This document shows positions 8,977 through 17,940 of a stretch of 21,576 bases of DNA, one piece after another. The position numbers were made by a program, and so were the translations under genes. Origin of the DNA: an uncultured Roseivirgaceae bacterium (GTDB lineage: Bacteria; Bacteroidota; Bacteroidia; Cytophagales; Cyclobacteriaceae); assembly GCA_964592475.1 (NCBI GenBank), contig CAZQEZ010000076.1, positions 1 through 21,576 on the forward strand. The letters run 5' to 3'. The notes beneath the pieces were generated by a model that had not been told where the DNA came from, did no database searches, and saw nothing but the letters and a program-made list of their open reading frames with translations. Every line of letters starts with the position of its first letter. The stretch's first letter is position 1.

Positions 8977-9571
8977 TGAAATCAACAGCCAAATGCGGCC
9001 ATGCCTTTTGTATACACTTGCCAATGCCGGTCCAAATTTCTGAATACCCAAGGCATGACATTGATAGCAGTATTGGGCAAACAAGTTTTTCCCTTCTTTG
9101 ATTCGTGACTCGTAGTGGGTAATGAGTGATACTGCGATTCCTTTTTGATATAAGGTAAAATGGCAAAGATTTGATTATCGGAAAGAAAATCGAAAGAGGG
9201 CATTAGCGTATCGTATTGTGAACGCAGGTAAGTAGCATATTCGTCGCCCGTATCAAGTACTTTTTCGGCATCTCGTATTCAACGAAAAAGCCAGCTCACA
9301 GGACATTTTCGATGCACGCTAGCAAGAGCTGCGCCCACAATTTTAAATTTTACCGCGTGACAAGCATTACAATGTAGCGTAAAATAATACTTCTCCGGAT
9401 CTAACCAACTTAAACGGGTATAGAATCTGGTGCCTGTGCTTCATTAAAGCTATATGCCAAGGTATCCAGGTTCACATTGATTTCACTATCATGTGCTTTC
9501 GAATCTAGCGGCTGGGCTAATTCAATAGGTATATAAAAATTAAAAGCAGTTGAAAAAATAAAAAACTTCAT
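8893..9571 (-). pseudogene. Di-heme c-type cytochrome remnant with at least three frameshifts.
   Basis: Minus-strand pieces sit in different frames. The signal-peptide start is MKFFIFSTAF... (9571-9410). The first heme motif is HCNACHAVKF (from ~9375). The domain C-terminal motif is MPSFDFLSDNQIFAILPYIKK (9203-). The second heme motif is CYQCHALGIQKFGPALASVYKRHG (9084-8893). The 3' end collides with the FtsX remnant. Confidence 0.55.
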
Positions 9572-9595
9572 AAAAAATGCCAGTAAATAAAAAAA

Positions 9596-10411
9596 CTATC
9601 CTAATGCCACATCAAGTGTCATCATTATAGCGAAACCCAGTATGGCACCTATTGTTGCCAGGTTTTTATGTTTTTCCAATTGCGATTCTGGTATCAATTC
9701 TTCTACCACTACAAATATCATAGCTCCTGCAGCAAAGGATAACGCGTAAGGCAAAAGAGGTTTAATAAATAAAACTGCAGCAGCCCCAATAAATCCTGCA
9801 ATAGGCTCCACAAACCCCGATAACTGACCATACCAAAAAGCACGAGATCTTTTCATGCCATCACGCCGCAGTGGAACCGATACAGAGATACCTTCTGGGA
9901 AATTTTGTAAACCAATACCGATTGCCAAAGCAATGGCACCACCCAAAGAAGCTGAGGGAAGATCGTAGGCTAAGGCACCAAAAGCAACTCCCACGGCAAG
10001 TCCTTCCGGTATATTATGTAAAGTAATAGCTAATACCAGCAAAACACTCCTTCGCCATTTTGTTTTTACGCCTTCAAATTTATCTTTTTTCTTCCCTAGG
10101 TGAATATGAGGAATTACCCGGTTAATGCCATATATAAACATGCCACCGGCTACAAAACCTACTACTGCCGGAACCCAGGAAGCTACTTTTCCTTCACGTT
10201 CTGCCATTTCAATTGCTGGTGCCAACAAAGACCAGAAACTAGCTGCTATCATAACACCAGCAGCAAAGCCTAACATCATATCGAATACTACACGGCTGAT
10301 ATTTTTAAATACAAAAACAATAGCGGCGCCCAGGGCAGTTACAAACCAGGTAAAGCAGGTAGCTAATACTGCTTGCACTATAGGGCTCAAGTTTACAAAC
10401 CAATCGTACAT
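9596..10411 (-). CDS. zupT: ZIP-family zinc transporter ZupT.
   Basis: 271 aa, multi-TM. Carries the HNIPEGLAVG and LQNFPEG ZIP signature motifs. Confidence 0.9.
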   Translation of the reverse strand: MYDWFVNLSPIVQAVLATCFTWFVTALGAAIVFVFKNISRVVFDMMLGFAAGVMIAASFWSLLAPAIEMAEREGKVASWVPAVVGFVAGGMFIYGINRVIPHIHLGKKKDKFEGVKTKWRRSVLLVLAITLHNIPEGLAVGVAFGALAYDLPSASLGGAIALAIGIGLQNFPEGISVSVPLRRDGMKRSRAFWYGQLSGFVEPIAGFIGAAAVLFIKPLLPYALSFAAGAMIFVVVEELIPESQLEKHKNLATIGAILGFAIMMTLDVALG

Positions 10412-10468
10412 AGTTATTGCTTAATTTTCAGGCAAATCTAAAAATATTTTATGATATATTAAAAATTA

Positions 10469-11269
10469 CTATTTAGACTTATAAAAATCAATTAATAGCT
10501 GTAAAAACTTCTTTACTTGAGGCACTTCATCCAGCCGGTAACTGGCAGTAGTCTCCATTTCATGATCTCCTACCAATATGCCGATACCATCTACTTCGGG
10601 AAGCACTTTAAAGGCATCTTCATCGGTCACATCGTCACCAATGTAAACAGGTAAAATTTCAGGTTTTTTTAAGTCCAGTTTTTCAAGCAACCAGAGCAAA
10701 GCTTTTCCCTTATGCCAATCGATATCCGGCTTTAGCTCAATTATTTTTTTACCACCAGTTTTCTTCAGGCACTTGTATTTTTTATATATTTCATCAGTTA
10801 TCGCTTCTACATTTGCTACTTCATCTTCTTTCACATTGCGATAATGAATGGCTATGGCAAAAAGCTTACGTTCCACTTTTGCGTTTTCAATAGAGGATAA
10901 AGATTGATTTAACGCTTCTTCTGCTTTATCAAATTCCGGTAGACATTTTACTCCTGCTTCATGCTGATATTCAAAATCCGGACCTTTGGTGTCAAATCCA
11001 TGGCTGCCAGAATATATTAAATTGTTCAATCCTACCATCTGAGAAACATCTTCACGATCACGGCCGCTAATAATTGCTACCGGAATTAAAGTTGAAAGCT
11101 CGTGTACGGCACCTTTCATTTCGGGTGTAATTTTGGCATCTTCGGGCCGGCTAACGATAGGAGTAAGGGTACCATCATAATCTAAAAAAATTGCTAAACG
11201 CTGTTTTACTAATTTTTTTAAAAATGATTCAATATTGCTGTTCAGTTCTGGTAAATCTTGATACTTCAT
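10469..11269 (-). CDS. otsB: Trehalose-6-phosphate phosphatase (HAD-IIB, OtsB-like).
   Basis: 266 aa. Motifs IFLDYDGTLTPIV, VAIISGRD, GSHG and IGDDVTDEDAF are the HAD motifs I-IV in the OtsB arrangement. Confidence 0.75.
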   Translation of the reverse strand: MKYQDLPELNSNIESFLKKLVKQRLAIFLDYDGTLTPIVSRPEDAKITPEMKGAVHELSTLIPVAIISGRDREDVSQMVGLNNLIYSGSHGFDTKGPDFEYQHEAGVKCLPEFDKAEEALNQSLSSIENAKVERKLFAIAIHYRNVKEDEVANVEAITDEIYKKYKCLKKTGGKKIIELKPDIDWHKGKALLWLLEKLDLKKPEILPVYIGDDVTDEDAFKVLPEVDGIGILVGDHEMETTASYRLDEVPQVKKFLQLLIDFYKSK

Positions 11270-11448
11270 GGTGGATTTTATTTATAAAAAAATGTATTTA
11301 GATTAAGTCAATGTTAGTTGTACCCTATTAACAGATAATGCAGACCTCAGAAATAAGTTTTGGTCATTGTTGTGAATAAAGAGCAAAAAAAGCAAAAAAT
11401 AGCCTGCTAAACAAATTGAATGAAGTAATACTGAAAGCAGACATAATA

Positions 11449-12738
11449 TCAATCGTGCCAGGCTGTAGGAAATGCACTTTTGGGTAATAATTTTATCATC
11501 AAAGGTAAGGTAATAAATGTAAATGGAAGAGCTATAATTACAAATGTGGGTATAGTTTTTAATATATCCAGCATTTGTGTTTTTACTTTTTGCTTTTCTG
11601 AAAGTGTAAGCACCCGCTTGCGAGACTGATTGAGTAAGTACATTAATTCTCTACTTTCGCGTGCTTCCGTCACTATCCGATCTTTGTTAATTTCTATAAG
11701 GGAGCCAATATGCCTTATCAACCGATTTTTAACCAGAAAGAAACTGTGCTTATTTTGCAAGAAGTGAACATCTTCCCAGTGAGCCAATACAAAACTTTCA
11801 ATAGCCACCATACTTGATTGCAACTCAGCCTCGTCAAAGCCTAACTTAACACTTAATTTTTTAATGAAATCCTCTTCCTGTTCGTCAATTTCCTTATCGG
11901 ACCAAAGGGTGAGTAAAGCTAACTCAAGAACGTATTTTTTCATTATCCAAAATTCGGTGTTAAGCGATTCAATATCATCAATATGCAAACCATTATTAAG
12001 GTATTCTCTTGCTTCGGCTTCTTTTTCAGGAGACAGGTGGGCCGATTGCAGGAAATATTCGAAAATTTGTTTTTCCTGCTTTTCAATTACTTTGTTTGCA
12101 TTGGCAGCTGCGGCCATTACTTTGAGGATGTAAAACCTCACATTCATTTTTTCTTGCAAAAGCGAGTTTTCGCTTACTCCATACTGGCTCAGGTTATTCC
12201 ATTTGCCAAAATACAGTACATCAAGGTACAATAGGCTATTGTGGAAAAATGAACTCCAGTAATTGCTGTTTTTAATATTTACCCTTTGATTGAAGATGTA
12301 TTCGGAGGTTACAATGTCAGGCTTTTTAAAAAGATACTTAGGACTGGCAAACATTAGTAGCGGACAATATTCATGATAAAAATCTTTAAGCTTGGCTATG
12401 GCATCATGCACATAATCTGTCCAGTTGTCTGCATACTCACCTACATCCATGCTATTTTTTTGGTAAGAAATACTGCTTAACACAAAGCTTTCTAACAGCA
12501 ATACTTTCATTTTTGCTTTTTCATCCCAATTATAGCTTTTCTTTTTTTGGATAAAAGGAAACTGAAGGGGGTGGCCATACATAAGGCCAGTGGGCTGCGT
12601 TTTTTGATACAAAAGCTGTTCATCAGTAGGGGCCAGTAACATGTTGCGAAGCTCTTGCATCAAATCTTCGCGTTGCTCCAGATTGCGTTGAAAATCTTTG
12701 TAATAGTGGTTTAGCCAACCTTTTTTGTGTGGATTCAT
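11449..12738 (-). CDS. Hypothetical protein with a C-terminal LETM1-like transmembrane segment.
   Basis: 429 aa. The C-terminal ...KQKVKTQMLDILKTIPTFVIIALPFTFITLPLMIKLLPKSAFPTAW closely parallels the LETM1 TM motif (...[32 protein letters not shown]). The rest has no family I recognise. Confidence 0.5.
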   Translation of the reverse strand: MNPHKKGWLNHYYKDFQRNLEQREDLMQELRNMLLAPTDEQLLYQKTQPTGLMYGHPLQFPFIQKKKSYNWDEKAKMKVLLLESFVLSSISYQKNSMDVGEYADNWTDYVHDAIAKLKDFYHEYCPLLMFASPKYLFKKPDIVTSEYIFNQRVNIKNSNYWSSFFHNSLLYLDVLYFGKWNNLSQYGVSENSLLQEKMNVRFYILKVMAAAANANKVIEKQEKQIFEYFLQSAHLSPEKEAEAREYLNNGLHIDDIESLNTEFWIMKKYVLELALLTLWSDKEIDEQEEDFIKKLSVKLGFDEAELQSSMVAIESFVLAHWEDVHFLQNKHSFFLVKNRLIRHIGSLIEINKDRIVTEARESRELMYLLNQSRKRVLTLSEKQKVKTQMLDILKTIPTFVIIALPFTFITLPLMIKLLPKSAFPTAWHD

Positions 12739-12758
12739 TTTGTTTCTTGATTATTAAA

Positions 12759-12766
12759 CAAATTTA
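12759..12766 (-). promoter_or_regulatory. Candidate -7 box (TAAATTTG on the minus strand) about 21 nt upstream of the LETM1-like gene ATG.
   Basis: Matches the TAnnTTTG consensus. A motif match is the only evidence. Confidence 0.25.
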
Positions 12767-13089
12767 AGCAACAGAAATGTAGTAAATTTTGAAAAACGAG
12801 AATTAAACCAAAGAATGTAAGCTTTAAAATGTAATAGAAGATGATAAAATGCTAATAAACTGATACTGTGAACTATAGAATTTGGTGTTTATCTAACAAA
12901 AGGTGTAAGACAAGTAAGAAATATTGTTAAAAACATGAATTAGTTAAAAAATCAGGAGAATTTCCATCATTACTATTAACCGCATTATAAAACTTAATAA
13001 TAAATCCTCAATTTCTTTTTTTGTGCAGGCAACTATTATTGATAAAATTAAAATCTTCCGATTTCTGCCTTGATCCATCATCGGCAAGC

Positions 13090-14124
13090 TTAATCCAGCA
13101 TTTTCTGCCATTTCCAGGCAGAGGCCATCATATCATCCAGGCTCTTTTCGGCTCGCCAGCCCAGTTCCTGGTTGGCCAACTTAGTATCGGCCCAAATCTT
13201 CTCAATATCACCTGGTCTGCGGTCTACAATTTCGTAATTTAATTTTAGTCCGGTAACTTTTTCAAAAGATTTGATTACCTGTAACACGGAAAGGCCATTG
13301 CCGGTGCCAAGGTTAAAATATTCGTATCGCTCTTTGTTTTTATTTTGTAAAAGCCGTTTCACCGCGATAACATGTGCCTTGGCCAGGTCTACCACGTGAA
13401 TATAATCGCGAATTGCTGAGCCATCGGGGGTATCGTAGTCATCGCCAAATACCTTGAGTTGAGATCGCTTGCCAGCCGCGGTTTGAGTAATGAAAGGCAC
13501 CAAATTGTTAGGCACACCTAGGGGCAGCTCACCAATTAATGCAGATTCATGGGCCCCAATTGGATTAAAATATCTTAAGGATAGGGCTTTAAGACTGTTT
13601 ACAGCTTTAATAGTGTCTTTTATTATTTCTTCCGCTATTTTTTTGGTATTGCCATAAGGTGATTCAGGTTTTTGCACAGGGGCCGATTCATCTACCGGAA
13701 GATTTTTTGGCTGGCCATACACGGTGCAAGAGGAAGAAAATACAAGGTTGAATACATTGGCCGTAGGCATTACTTGCAGCAAATTAATTAATGAAGTAAG
13801 GTTGTTTCGATAGTACATCAGCGGCTTTGCTACTGATTCGCCTACCGCTTTGTTGGCAGCAAAGTGAATGATGGCAGCGATGTTTTGATGTTTTTTGAAA
13901 AAATCATTTACCTTCTCACCATTTATCAGGTCAAATTCTTCAAAAGCCGGGCGGGTGCCGGTAATTTTTTCAATACCATCGAGCACGGCTAGCTCAGAAT
14001 TGGATAGATCGTCGATAATAACTACCTCAAAACCTTCATTAATTAATTCTACCACCGTGTGTGAGCCAATATAGCCGGTGCCCCCGGTTACCAATATTTT
14101 CTGCATGATTGTTAGTTTTTGCAA
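13090..14124 (-). CDS. galE: UDP-glucose 4-epimerase GalE. The true start may be the second Met at 14106.
   Basis: ILVTGGTGYIGSH Rossmann motif, a YGNTK-type catalytic motif (SPYGNTK), and colinear similarity to GalE over the full length. Confidence 0.9.
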   Translation of the reverse strand: MQKLTIMQKILVTGGTGYIGSHTVVELINEGFEVVIIDDLSNSELAVLDGIEKITGTRPAFEEFDLINGEKVNDFFKKHQNIAAIIHFAANKAVGESVAKPLMYYRNNLTSLINLLQVMPTANVFNLVFSSSCTVYGQPKNLPVDESAPVQKPESPYGNTKKIAEEIIKDTIKAVNSLKALSLRYFNPIGAHESALIGELPLGVPNNLVPFITQTAAGKRSQLKVFGDDYDTPDGSAIRDYIHVVDLAKAHVIAVKRLLQNKNKERYEYFNLGTGNGLSVLQVIKSFEKVTGLKLNYEIVDRRPGDIEKIWADTKLANQELGWRAEKSLDDMMASAWKWQKMLD

Positions 14125-14326
14125 ATTTAATCAGCCAGCGCATTAAAGCAAATCATTTGAGTAACGGCCTCTTTTATTTTTGTCTTAAAATTCTGAACGT
14201 GTAGTGATATTTCCTTTTGGGACTATATGATTTATTGTGGAATATACTTATTGATAATCAATCTTTATAACAAAATCAATTTCGAACAGAAACTTAAAAA
14301 TATAAAAGCATCATGGCCAATAAACA

Positions 14327-14334
14327 GTAAGTTT
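14327..14334 (+). promoter_or_regulatory. Candidate -7 box TAAGTTTG, 58 nt upstream of the MutS-related gene.
   Basis: Matches the TAnnTTTG consensus. A mirror motif for galE on the other strand sits at 14142-14149. Confidence 0.3.
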
Positions 14335-14392
14335 GCAAATTGACCGGGTAAATGATCTGGCTATTAAGTTGCTCCAATATTCCTGAAAAAAT

Positions 14393-15988
14393 ATGTTTAA
14401 TTCGAAGCGCAAGAAAAAAGAAGCGATATTATCTACTTATTACCAAGTAAAAAAAGGGCCATTTTATTTTAACAGTATAAGCCAATATTTTCTTAAACAT
14501 GATCACAAAGAAAGCTTACAGGTAATTTCAGATAAAACCTATCAGGATCTCGACCTGGACGAAGTTTTTATGTATATCGACCGGACATCTTCCAACGTTG
14601 GGCAACAGTATTTATATAATGCTTTCAGAACCATCCCATCTGATAATAAACGAAGCCAAAGATTTGAAAATTTAATTACACAATTGAATAAAAATACACG
14701 GCTGAAGAAATTGGTAGTATTATCCCTTGCCAGGTTACAAGATCAAGACGCTTACTACATTGCTTCCTTGTTTCAAGTGGATCATTTAACCAAGCCCAAA
14801 TGGTTTTGGATAGTGCCGTTGCTTTCTGCAGGCAGCATTTTTTCGATATTACTATCGTTTGTTTTTCCCCAGTTTCTTTTGCTTTTGCTGCTTTTTTTAA
14901 CGGTCAACTTTATTATACATTACTGGAACCGATTGAGATTTAATCAATATAGTGGCGCTATTTTGCAGTTGCTTATTTTAAAAGAAGTGGCCAGTAAATT
15001 TATAAAATGGCCAAACCTTATAGATAATATAAGCGAGATGAAAAGGGCTGTAAAAACAATCCGGAATATTGGTTTTCAGTTGTCAATATTTAAGTTAGAA
15101 GCAAAATTACAAAGTGATATTGGCCAAATGATTGAGTTTCTAGTTGATATTGTCAAAGCTTTATTTCTAATTGAGCCGCTTTTATTTTATGATGTGCTCA
15201 AAAAATTTGATTCGAGAAGAAGAGAAATACATCGGCTTTACCAGTTGATTGGTGAATTAGATGTTGCCCTTTCAATAGATGCGTTAAGAAAAGATTTACC
15301 CTATTATACTTTACCTGGTTTAGTGCATGAAGCCAATCAAATTACCGCAAAAGACCTTTATCATCCGCTTTTGCAAAACTCTGTGGCTAATTCCATTGAT
15401 AATCAGGGAAAATCCATTCTTTTATCTGGCTCCAACATGTCGGGAAAAACCACCTTTATCCGTACCATAGGTATTAATGCACTTGTAGCGCAAACGATCA
15501 ATACTTGCTTCGCCACAGAATTATCCCTTCCTCGTCTTAAAATCTTTTCGGCCATCAGGATTTCAGATGATATCATGAACAGTAAAAGTTACTATTTTGA
15601 AGAAATGCTTACCATTAAAGAAATGCTTGATGAAAGTAGAAGTGGTAATCAAAATCTTTTTTTGCTGGATGAAATGTTTAAAGGAACCAATACTATAGAA
15701 CGTGTTGCCGCTGGCAAAGCTGTGCTGAGCTATTTGAGCGATGAAAAGAATATTGTATTCATTTCCACGCATGACCTGGAATTGGCAGCTTATTTAAAAA
15801 ATAGTTTCCATTTGTATCATTTCAGCGAAGTAATACAGGACCAGGAAATTAAATTCGATTACAAGTTAAAATCCGGACAATTGAAAACTACGAATGCTAT
15901 TAAAATATTGGAATTAAATCATTACCCTACCTCAATAATTACAGAAGCTAAAAAGCTATCTGATGATTTAAGAAAAATCAAAGAATAA
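14393..15988 (+). CDS. MutS-related protein carrying only the MutS domain V ABC ATPase. It has N-terminal and central hydrophobic or transmembrane segments and no mismatch-binding, connector or clamp domains.
   Basis: 531 aa. Walker A SGSNMSGKTTFIRTIG, Walker B LFLLDEMFKGTNTIERV and STHDLELA form the MutS family domain V signature. The hydrophobic stretch is PLLSAGSIFSILLSFVFPQFLLLLLLFLTVNFIIHYW. Confidence 0.85.
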   Translation: MFNSKRKKKEAILSTYYQVKKGPFYFNSISQYFLKHDHKESLQVISDKTYQDLDLDEVFMYIDRTSSNVGQQYLYNAFRTIPSDNKRSQRFENLITQLNKNTRLKKLVVLSLARLQDQDAYYIASLFQVDHLTKPKWFWIVPLLSAGSIFSILLSFVFPQFLLLLLLFLTVNFIIHYWNRLRFNQYSGAILQLLILKEVASKFIKWPNLIDNISEMKRAVKTIRNIGFQLSIFKLEAKLQSDIGQMIEFLVDIVKALFLIEPLLFYDVLKKFDSRRREIHRLYQLIGELDVALSIDALRKDLPYYTLPGLVHEANQITAKDLYHPLLQNSVANSIDNQGKSILLSGSNMSGKTTFIRTIGINALVAQTINTCFATELSLPRLKIFSAIRISDDIMNSKSYYFEEMLTIKEMLDESRSGNQNLFLLDEMFKGTNTIERVAAGKAVLSYLSDEKNIVFISTHDLELAAYLKNSFHLYHFSEVIQDQEIKFDYKLKSGQLKTTNAIKILELNHYPTSIITEAKKLSDDLRKIKE

Positions 15989-16012
15989 AGGAGCAAGAAA
16001 CTGAATGGAATG

Positions 16013-17038
16013 CTACTCCCAATTTAAGATCACTTTACCACAATTTCCCGATTCCATTATTTCAAATCCTTCCTGAAATTGATCGATAGTCAGCCGGTGA
16101 GTGATTAACTGGCTCACATCCAATCCGGAAAGCAACATTTGAATCATCATGTACCAGGTCTCAAACATTTCTCTACCGTAGATGCCTTTCAGGGTAAGGC
16201 CGCGGAAGATGATGTCGTTCCAATTTACTTTGGCATCAAATGGCAGAATACCAAGTAAAGCAATTTTGCCACCATTGTACATATGGCTTACCATGTCATT
16301 TATTGCTGCAGAAGCACCTGCACACTCTAGGCCAATATCAAAACCCCGGCTCATGCCAATTGCGGGCATAATGTCTTCAAGTTTTTCATTTAAAGGATCC
16401 ATTACCACCGTTGCTCCCATTTTTTTAGCCAGGTTGCGGCGGTATTCGTTAGGGTCAGAAATTACCACGTTGCGTGCCCCGGCAAATTTACAAATGGCTA
16501 CAATCATATTGCCAATAGGTCCGGCACCGGTAATAAGCACGTCCTCTCCCAATACTTTGAAAGAAAGTGCGGTATGAGTAGCGTTACCCAGCGGATCCAT
16601 GATGGCAACAATGTCATCAGCAATTTTGCTGTTTACCTTCACTACGTTGGTTGCCGGTATTACCAGGTATTCAGCAAAAGCGCCATCCCTATTTACTCCC
16701 ACACCTACTGTGTTTTCACAAATGTGCTTGCGTCCTCTGCGGCAATTTCTGCACATTCCACAGGCAATGTGACCTTCACCTGTCACTCTTTCGCCTATAG
16801 ACAGGCCGGCAACTTCCTCACCCAAGGCAGCAATTTCTCCTACATATTCATGCCCTATTACTGTTGGTACTTTTATGGTGCTGCTGGCCCAGTCGTCCCA
16901 TTTATAAATATGCAAATCGGTACCGCATATCGCTGTTTTCTTGATCTTGATCATTACATCGTTCACACCCATTTCTGGTGTAGGAACTTCTTGCATCCAT
17001 ATCCCTTTTTCTGCCTTAGATTTAACCAGTGCCCTCAT
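16013..17038 (-). CDS. tdh: L-threonine 3-dehydrogenase (zinc-dependent).
   Basis: 341 aa, nearly colinear with E. coli Tdh ([15 protein letters not shown]..., [38 protein letters not shown]). Confidence 0.95.
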   Translation of the reverse strand: MRALVKSKAEKGIWMQEVPTPEMGVNDVMIKIKKTAICGTDLHIYKWDDWASSTIKVPTVIGHEYVGEIAALGEEVAGLSIGERVTGEGHIACGMCRNCRRGRKHICENTVGVGVNRDGAFAEYLVIPATNVVKVNSKIADDIVAIMDPLGNATHTALSFKVLGEDVLITGAGPIGNMIVAICKFAGARNVVISDPNEYRRNLAKKMGATVVMDPLNEKLEDIMPAIGMSRGFDIGLECAGASAAINDMVSHMYNGGKIALLGILPFDAKVNWNDIIFRGLTLKGIYGREMFETWYMMIQMLLSGLDVSQLITHRLTIDQFQEGFEIMESGNCGKVILNWE

Positions 17039-17268
17039 TTTCTATCATTTTATAATGTTGTAAAACTAACTAATTTCAATATTCCTTTATTTTACCAGCC
17101 CAACTTTATTTTGTTAATAATGTATATTCCTGAAAATATTCTTTGCATGAATCGATTTAAAGCAAAGCCTGAATAAAACCGGAAATTTTTTATCTCCTCC
17201 ATATTGTATATAAATTGATCGTCTGTATTACCAAATTGTTAAAAATGCATAGGTAAAGTCAATAATAT

Positions 17269-17298
17269 TTGTTATATGCATTAAATTGTTTATATTTG
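17269..17298 (+). promoter_or_regulatory. Promoter-like pair: a -33 TTG (17269-17271) and a -7 TATATTTG (17291-17298) with 19-nt spacing.
   Basis: Matches the Bacteroidota sigma-A consensus TTG...N19...TAnnTTTG. It lies in the 600-bp gap between tdh and the tRNA cluster. Confidence 0.3.
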
Positions 17299-17315
17299 CA
17301 AACGTTTTTAAAATA

Positions 17316-17408
17316 ATGGTCATTGCGATACATCCAACATATCATTTAAACATGCTTGCCAAAAGAATATTTGGTGATCAGGATTGTGTGCATGGCCCAA
17401 AGGAATAG
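17316..17408 (+). other. 30-codon ORF (MVIAIHPTYHLNMLAKRIFGDQDCVHGPKE) lying between the predicted promoter and terminator. Candidate small protein or sRNA.
   Basis: The ATG sits about 11-18 nt downstream of the predicted transcription start. I cannot assign it to a family. Confidence 0.2.
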
Positions 17409-17430
17409 GTTTACCATATTTGAATATATC

Positions 17431-17463
17431 AACCGGGCCCAAATTTTGAGTCCGGTTTTTTTA
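17431..17463 (+). terminator. Intrinsic-terminator-like hairpin AACCGG-(15 nt)-CCGGTT followed by TTTTTTT.
   Basis: 6-bp GC-containing stem followed directly by a 7-T run. No annotated plus-strand gene lies upstream of it. Confidence 0.4.
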
Positions 17464-17794
17464 TGCTTTTTTCCATTTAATTAAGTAAGTATAATGGAGA
17501 TTACTTTTAAGTAAAATAATGTATAAATAACAAGTTACGAACGAATGTATCTTGGTTCTGTGATTACTGGATTTTTTTAGGCCGGTTCAATAGAGTAAGT
17601 CCGAGACAAATGTTGTAGTAATTTGACCAAGTGAAATTGAAGATATTTAAAAATATTTTGTTTGGCCATAGCCGGGCAAAATCGAGGGAAAGACTTGATT
17701 TACAGTACCTGACCAGGGTTTCAGTAAGGCCCGGTAGTGCCGGCTCTTTGGGTTACGGTATGCTGACTGACTTTAGGTTGTTTCTCCACCACCT

Positions 17795-17828
17795 TGCAGG
17801 TCGGGGGTTCGAATCCCTCTTCGTCATA
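17795..17828 (+). tRNA. Orphan tRNA 3' half: T-arm GGGGG-TTCGAAT-CCCTC plus the 3' acceptor strand TTCGTCA. I find no complementary 5' acceptor or D-arm upstream.
   Basis: Canonical GGTTCGAATCC T-loop. A search up to 100 nt upstream found no TGACGAA-like 5' strand. Confidence 0.35.
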
Positions 17829-17868
17829 AGCGAATAGCTCAGTTGGTTAGAGCGGCAAGCTTTTCATT
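17828..17868 (+). tRNA. tRNA 5' half: acceptor AAGCGAA, 8-9 TA, D-arm GCTCAGTTGGTTAGAGC, and an anticodon-like stem-loop GCAA/GCTTTTCA/TTGC. It is fused directly to the next T-arm with no variable region, so the unit is too short to be an intact tRNA.
   Basis: The D-arm is of the class-I Lys/Glu type. The anticodon stem is only 4 bp with an 8-nt loop. The 5' acceptor does not pair with CATCCTC downstream. Confidence 0.35.
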
Positions 17869-17893
17869 GCAGGTTCGAATCCTGTCATCCTCA
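17869..17893 (+). tRNA. tRNA 3' half: T-arm GCAGG-TTCGAAT-CCTGT, 3' acceptor strand CATCCTC and discriminator A. It is the perfect complement of the tRNA-Leu 5' acceptor that begins 3 nt downstream.
   Basis: CATCCTC-A-CTA-GAGGATG. A73 is the Leu identity discriminator. Confidence 0.45.
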
Positions 17894-17896
17894 CTA

Positions 17897-17940
17897 GAGG
17901 ATGTGGCGGAATGGTATACGCGTTGGATTCAGGTTCCAAT
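17897..17940 (+). tRNA. tRNA-Leu(CAG) 5' half, positions 1-43: acceptor GAGGATG, 8-9 TG, 3-bp class-II D-stem GCG/CGC, D-loop GAATGGTATA, anticodon stem TTGGA/TCCAA and loop TTCAGGT. No variable arm or T-arm follows.
   Basis: The layout and anticodon loop are colinear with E. coli tRNA-Leu(CAG) (UG-GCG-GAAUUGGUAGA-CGC-G-...-UUCAGGU-...). Downstream sequence (TTGATCATGAAGACGGCC...) contains no T-loop. Confidence 0.45.

Noticed and set aside
16182-17176. Long plus-strand ORFs (131 aa and 200 aa) antisense to tdh. The same reasoning applies to antisense ORFs inside poxB, ispG, zupT, the LETM1-like gene and the MutS-related gene.
   Set aside because: They lie entirely inside well-supported genes on the opposite strand, so they are typical antisense artefacts.
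17641-17800. I considered that the structured-looking sequence upstream of the tRNA pieces (CCGGGC...GCCCGG, CCTGACCAGG, CTCCACCA) is SRP RNA, tmRNA or RNase P RNA.
   Set aside because: The SRP domain-IV motif (GUCAGGUCCGGAAGGAAGCAGC) is not matched on either strand. tmRNA acceptor and tag-ORF features are absent. It is too short and lacks the RNase P P4 consensus.
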